From Anaerohalosphaeraceae bacterium (lineage in GTDB: Bacteria > Planctomycetota > Phycisphaerae > Sedimentisphaerales > Anaerohalosphaeraceae), in the NCBI GenBank assembly GCA_050309605.1, contig JBNRMN010000039.1:1-10134 (forward strand): 10,134 bases of DNA. Direction: 5' to 3'. Below are positions 9,701 through 10,134 of the stretch, piece after piece. The notes beneath the pieces are model-generated. The model saw nothing but the letters and a program-made list of their open reading frames with translations, ran no database searches and had not been told where the DNA came from. The position numbers and the translations under genes were made by a program. Each line of letters begins with the position of its first letter. Position 1 is the stretch's first letter.

Positions 9701-10134
9701 ATCCGTTTACACTGAATACGGACTGGAACGGCAATACGACGAAACTGCCGACCGATACGCCTATCGGCAATGACATCGTCGAATTTAACTGGGACAACAA
9801 GATCCGAAAAGCTTCCAAAGGCATCCACTCCATTCACGTCAAATATGACCCGATGGGCAATCGGGTTTACAAACGAGTCGAGGACTTTTCCGATCCGCAA
9901 AATCCGGCAATTGTGGGTGAGCAAAAGTTTTTGGTTGACATCAATAGCCAGCTTCCGGTAGTATTGTGTGTAGTGGATGCAGTCAGTCCGAATCTTTTGG
10001 CAAGTTCATACGTTTACGCCGATGCGCAGGTTCTGTGTCAGCGGCATCACGACCCGGTTGATCCGAACTTCTATGATGCGTCGTATTATGCTCACGATCG
10101 GCTGGGCAGTGTGCGGCTGGTGGTTGTGCCGGAG
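697..10134 (+). CDS. Giant secreted multidomain Rhs/YD-repeat protein (probable polymorphic toxin/adhesin), >3146 aa, 3'-truncated by the window edge
   Basis: Manual translation of frame +1 from ATG 697 (MKKIAALIITISFFSLF...) to 10134 (...YYAHDRLGSVRLVVVPE) found no stop codon. It contains a signal peptide, PKD/FN3/LamG/beta-helix modules, a DUF6531-like RTYN...FGW motif, many YD repeats and the start of the Rhs-associated core. It is absent from the supplied ORF track. Confidence 0.95.
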   Translation, partial: MKKIAALIITISFFSLFNETLMSCPSGEPRAWINHPGSETDTDVYITTGTTLQFNGSLSYHTDPNREITGWKWVINDQDNGFQYSPTYSYYFHLPGTYYLRLIVRDDEETESTNDDDYSTRTIHVLANSPPVIANSIATDIDRISAVVHGELLDVDSDDTSCTVKVCWGTEFKDILDDWDEVQTVSENQTIGNFSKLISHIDGDFEPGKLHYYRFHAKGNITNLEGWAGIEDPNCFRFVSPPGPTRHYPAPGKASESNLIAHWEFEGDATDSVGGNDGVAYNISWEDGVIGQAASFSGSGNLYGVPQSSFIEIVGSGTYNTYSICFWFQTDYLWSWNKMFCDSHAGGLNTAGRPEIGTGAGGGYLYLATKGGNKDQWIVSEEKYNDGNWHHVVGTVDTSTNIAQLYADGNLIAETDIFDTYPLILDNSYPGGYTYQAALNRCEIGSRTVVNKYFTGKIDDLRIYDRILTSQEVGEITGTYIENMPVSAVLRWIPGQSDYPIYFDVYFGTDAESVLNADHDCEEYRGRISMPSYRPGRLSPHTNYFWRIDSIVLDPYNNYAERITKGNCPDALRAFTTGESSPTNVYAYSGDNTVYLIWDMPDDSNIAHYNIYRWSGSHYSQIGYTTARGFKDTYAFNGTQYQYVITAVNNDSVESVYSEVVYATPHPNGSNYIFVDAEGVLNGDGSVDNPYRRIGDAVYAANSNDVVVIRKGIYDDEVNTYTLISDTITIQGENPSDWDTVKQTQIVNYGMEFVSGSPTLKGVTFRDANINPIIINNSNGNVFIEQCLFENNVGWKGGAIHITDSVGPSDNYISNCKFISNIAEGGYGGAIYSLRSRLWLTNCLFSGNFATNSNGDAFGDDIAVMDSSSSGSMHISSSTFFNTEPPSAGSSDISVYMNNSRGWWEGNILWSNRNTEVFLENNSTLHFYSGCIPQDGIYFDATSTVDINAEYVLHVDPKLDSTGRLRPGSPCIDSVYLVDSLPLDVDIDNNPRVQNGVQDIGAHEYLINSVPYMTSFLMSQGFEHGPGKPVEVDGWNVSEGGSASISKTYPSGNGGATSYQYLAIGSSTTYSRDFLYNNTANKTLRISCIPSDNSLINIVCGQDVVASVKFDGQDKQIYVLSDNTYIGTDKNYEAITAACRNYLDDDSIESYENAWIEFEITLDWQNQSYDVSWKHIGAIGGEILFVNAGFNQQYDRFTRIELVRDASYGDAFALKRVAVSDTSHIGGFLGEDKDIWISEPLADMANPLMGHVPIIGTVWYHRLGEYVIKACPVNDYADPPQVIVVGDKEIEIDPWMIVTRGSAPQREGILGYWNTMRFYSGDYYLKLEVYDDLGRLIAEETKTKTLVYDEGNRSKEVFIEYPIVGKSKGQTYHYEERPDITINWPGSFPFEFKRTYNDSLKNQVLPLFFGWTHNHNIRIFENCSTDWQIDASGAPQRDGNGLGIGKLWLCMPLGGQLYQGYVVPENPNVVKYVPIDMKHLALDQHRDYILREVTHIDQSEPNAVISLQYTHYAPDGMKMVFEKSGVELPYDFPETEGVVDWMAYIGIKRQEDRFGNALEYTWDANNQYLREISNNQTENKIIFRTFEDDYDWELPVLRRLQIASGDETPRDVIYFSVFPHLTEENWFLYQYQKVRGDGQDITDLYFPYHLSQPAFPDPWDRWNLSTLRHTLTYEDQYIAIHSRPHFGTSGPIVGHKLTDYLFRDENGAVRTKFNPCGTRPRFLNSFHYLRRYENKTDEITGNSINTTKYYAVHGHFDGNRPWSETGELFIDNPHPRSVMIREEIHILSPEGTLIKEKTITNKAHWMSCDQQTGIFTDRDPNTFYGVFPFVEFSFYAGEGGVRNYEYYYEDGNFPDKPTTIVEYLDEKGDGENETAGRVFANIYDDYGNVIQVRIYIDSERFILTDYEYHQRYNFPVRKVSWQGYCQEDSFGTITTTGARIEEHYLYGDPNGLLEDEGYSGNYLVQTRALLDDGTSPEQWAIEQLYYLPNGQMKAKVDAEDRITYLVYDVNGYPINVWEGATLAGSLLDGTEVPLGDPQKRYYHDKFGYMVLEANYLGQVQFYVRDYLGRIIESRVYEDPYAVNLTTNFVPESYDPDVTDSNDGNLFKFKERFGKHNYNDQYLDRRLPYGGKDNEHRYDLLLEYQPTARTIPPAWCYEGVTSYGYRDDDKTIVTQMTQYGYSPNGGRKFIWHIHDSLNRPLHIYEHCSGKNLQLEQHYDHITRSEFVYHPSGQAKQEKVYNVRFIIDEDGSPIYDPNSMMVLHKDPVLLKFEEYQYDAMDRMTSKIVHTVEEDSHEPQTIHFGSDAVGNQIYVIDPKGSVIFMDYDNANRKVADYFAVPANLVSYHPDDSLDIETTKDLHAKLREYTEYYLDNKVKSKTQYDHDGITVLAVSEFLYDSRGRIQTVKQLIKDNDADGQISVGDHVAETNYYYSDTPSLIHPMDSSGCHILIEDAESKMTGIRLSYHGKPEKIIYPSGDYEEYIYYDNGLLEKKAVWIPGDTEPYHITYEYNEYGKITKTVYPCGGSLEYEYTPRILGEYGKIKKITDKRHSDDRPGGWGSTYLFEYDPAERLLSYTNQDGFTFNYDYNTAYNRVHSLEVLSPSDEVVYAVRYDYDLAGRLRQVNDMKVPDPNFPIVIATLDYDDNGNRSGLTYHLDGDPESNLTYSLTYAHSPDNFLQSIITSAYGCNNEAHYAFDAWSDDSYIDGLGRLCVAQEIISIPDESTTQQGISLWWRFEECQGTTAYDSISGNHGQIYGAERVSGKIGGGLVFSGLSGYDGDFVKIDNFSDLLIGPDYTVSWWVKPQSLAIKELIILGNDFANHDFEFYQYHGNLRIRADYGSGYDIEVPGVFVAGQWVHICVVGDINGTSVYINGVLSGFTGVAKSSTYGYSLCVGAYPDGQYGFNGVIDEVRVMGYALSSNEVALLFQNSSLAFVYEYDMMSQLTGAAGYGVGGYEYVYEQFDYTKDGNINQYTRSVKEYGYNPSSEISGFGYVGDLMTGATGDNPFTLNTDWNGNTTKLPTDTPIGNDIVEFNWDNKIRKASKGIHSIHVKYDPMGNRVYKRVEDFSDPQNPAIVGEQKFLVDINSQLPVVLCVVDAVSPNLLASSYVYADAQVLCQRHHDPVDPNFYDASYYAHDRLGSVRLVVVPE
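781..1074 (+). other. PKD (Ig-like) domain
   Basis: GTTLQFNGSLSYHTD...ITGWKW...PTYSYYFHLPGTYYLRLIVRDDE matches the PKD pattern FDGSxSxD...xWxW...HxYxxPGxYxVxLxVxD. Confidence 0.8.
1078..1413 (+). other. Fibronectin type III-like beta-sandwich
   Basis: ATDIDRISAVVHGELL...VKVCWGT...FEPGKLHYYRFHA resembles the ATxIxxxSAxLxG...LxPGTxYYYRxxA FN3-like family. Confidence 0.65.
1468..2124 (+). other. LamG-like jelly-roll (Laminin_G_3-type) domain 1
   Basis: LIAHWEFEGDATDSVGGNDG, GVIGQAASFSG, YSICFWF, NDGNWHHVVGT, LYADG, FTGKIDDLRIYDRILTSQEV are the hallmark motifs in order. Confidence 0.9.
2137..2427 (+). other. FN3-like module of the LxWxPG...DVYFGTD...YxWRxD...FTT type
   Basis: VLRWIPG...FDVYFGTDAESVLNA...EYRG...LSPHTNYFWRIDS...ITKG...AFTT. 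Confidence 0.7.
2440..2691 (+). other. Fibronectin type III domain
   Basis: PTNVYAYSGDNTVYLIWD...HYNIYR...FKDT...NGTQYQYVITAVN...ESVYSEVVYATP is a canonical bacterial FN3 pattern. Confidence 0.85.
2707..3711 (+). other. Right-handed parallel beta-helix (pectin-lyase-like fold) ending in a choice-of-anchor-Q-like motif
   Basis: N-cap IFVDA...GDGSVDNPYRRIGDAV...DVVVIRKGIY. Repeats CLFENN/GGAI, CKFISN/GGAI and CLFSGN. C-terminal DPKL...LRPGSPCIDS...DIDNNPR...DIGAHEY (3562-3711). Confidence 0.85.
3721..4359 (+). other. Uncharacterised beta-rich domain, possibly a ConA-like jelly-roll
   Basis: Alternating beta-strand pattern, with NAWIEFEITLDWQNQSYDVSW resembling the WxxxxIxxDxxxxxYxVx hairpin of jelly-roll folds. 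Confidence 0.4.
4399..4740 (+). other. Ig-like domain preceding the Rhs region
   Basis: IWISEP...GHVPIIGT...EGILGYWNTMRFYSGDYYLKLEVYDDLGR resembles the LGxWDTTxxxxGxYxLRLxxxDxxG module found ahead of DUF6531 in large Rhs proteins. Confidence 0.6.
4801..5070 (+). other. DUF6531-like Rhs N-terminal domain
   Basis: PDITINWPGSFPFEFKRTYND (RTYN within 4861-4890) followed by FGWTHNH (4921-4941). Confidence 0.75.
5341..10134 (+). repeat. YD/Rhs repeat region (protein-level repeats) leading into the Rhs-associated core
   Basis: DRFGN; YDDYGN (6343); YDVNG (6715); YDAMDR (7519); YDSRGR (7879); YDLAGRL (8530); YDDNGNR (8614); YDPMGNRV (9844); core-start YYAHDRLGSVR (10084-10116). Confidence 0.9.
8872..9471 (+). 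other. LamG-like jelly-roll domain 2, embedded within the YD repeats
   Basis: WWRFEECQGTTAYDSISGNHG, GKIGGGLVF, YTVSWWVKP, GQWVHICVV, VYING, FNGVIDEVRVMGYALSSNEV. Confidence 0.9.

Noticed and set aside
4693..9924. Long minus-strand ORFs (4693..5424, 7294..8088, 8404..8871, 9463..9924 and others)
   Set aside because: They are codon-aligned antisense shadows of the giant gene, arising where it avoids TTA/CTA/TCA. The translations have no recognisable motifs.
3761..9961. Short alternative-frame + strand ORFs (e.g. 4739..5029, 8120..8491, 8696..8983)
   Set aside because: They lie wholly within the frame +1 gene, have Met/Thr/Arg/Ser-rich off-frame composition and show no family motifs.
697..10134. 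Alternative genetic code, frameshifting or pseudogene as the reason no long ORF is listed
   Set aside because: Frame +1 reads through under the standard code without stops. The absence from the track is explained by the missing stop codon at the window edge.

Overview
The window holds two + strand genes, both cut by the window edges. The first is the 3' part of a TPR protein (<3..635). After a 61-bp spacer with a GGAG ribosome-binding site comes one giant ORF (697..>10134, at least 3146 codons with no stop by my manual translation). The supplied ORF track misses it, presumably because its stop codon lies outside the window. It encodes a signal-peptide-bearing Rhs/YD-repeat protein, probably a polymorphic toxin or adhesin. 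Its order is PKD, FN3-like, LamG nested in a second FN3-like module, FN3, GGAI/FxxN beta-helix with a choice-of-anchor-Q-like end, putative jelly-roll, Ig-like, DUF6531-like, then YD repeats. The window ends at the start of the Rhs-associated core (YYAHDRLGSVR). The most unusual feature is a complete second LamG domain inserted within the YD-repeat shell, with codon usage different from its flanks. All other ORFs in the track look like shadows of this gene. Motif style suggests Planctomycetota (Phycisphaerae/Sedimentisphaerales), which is an inference. All domain calls are by-eye motif recognition, not HMM results.
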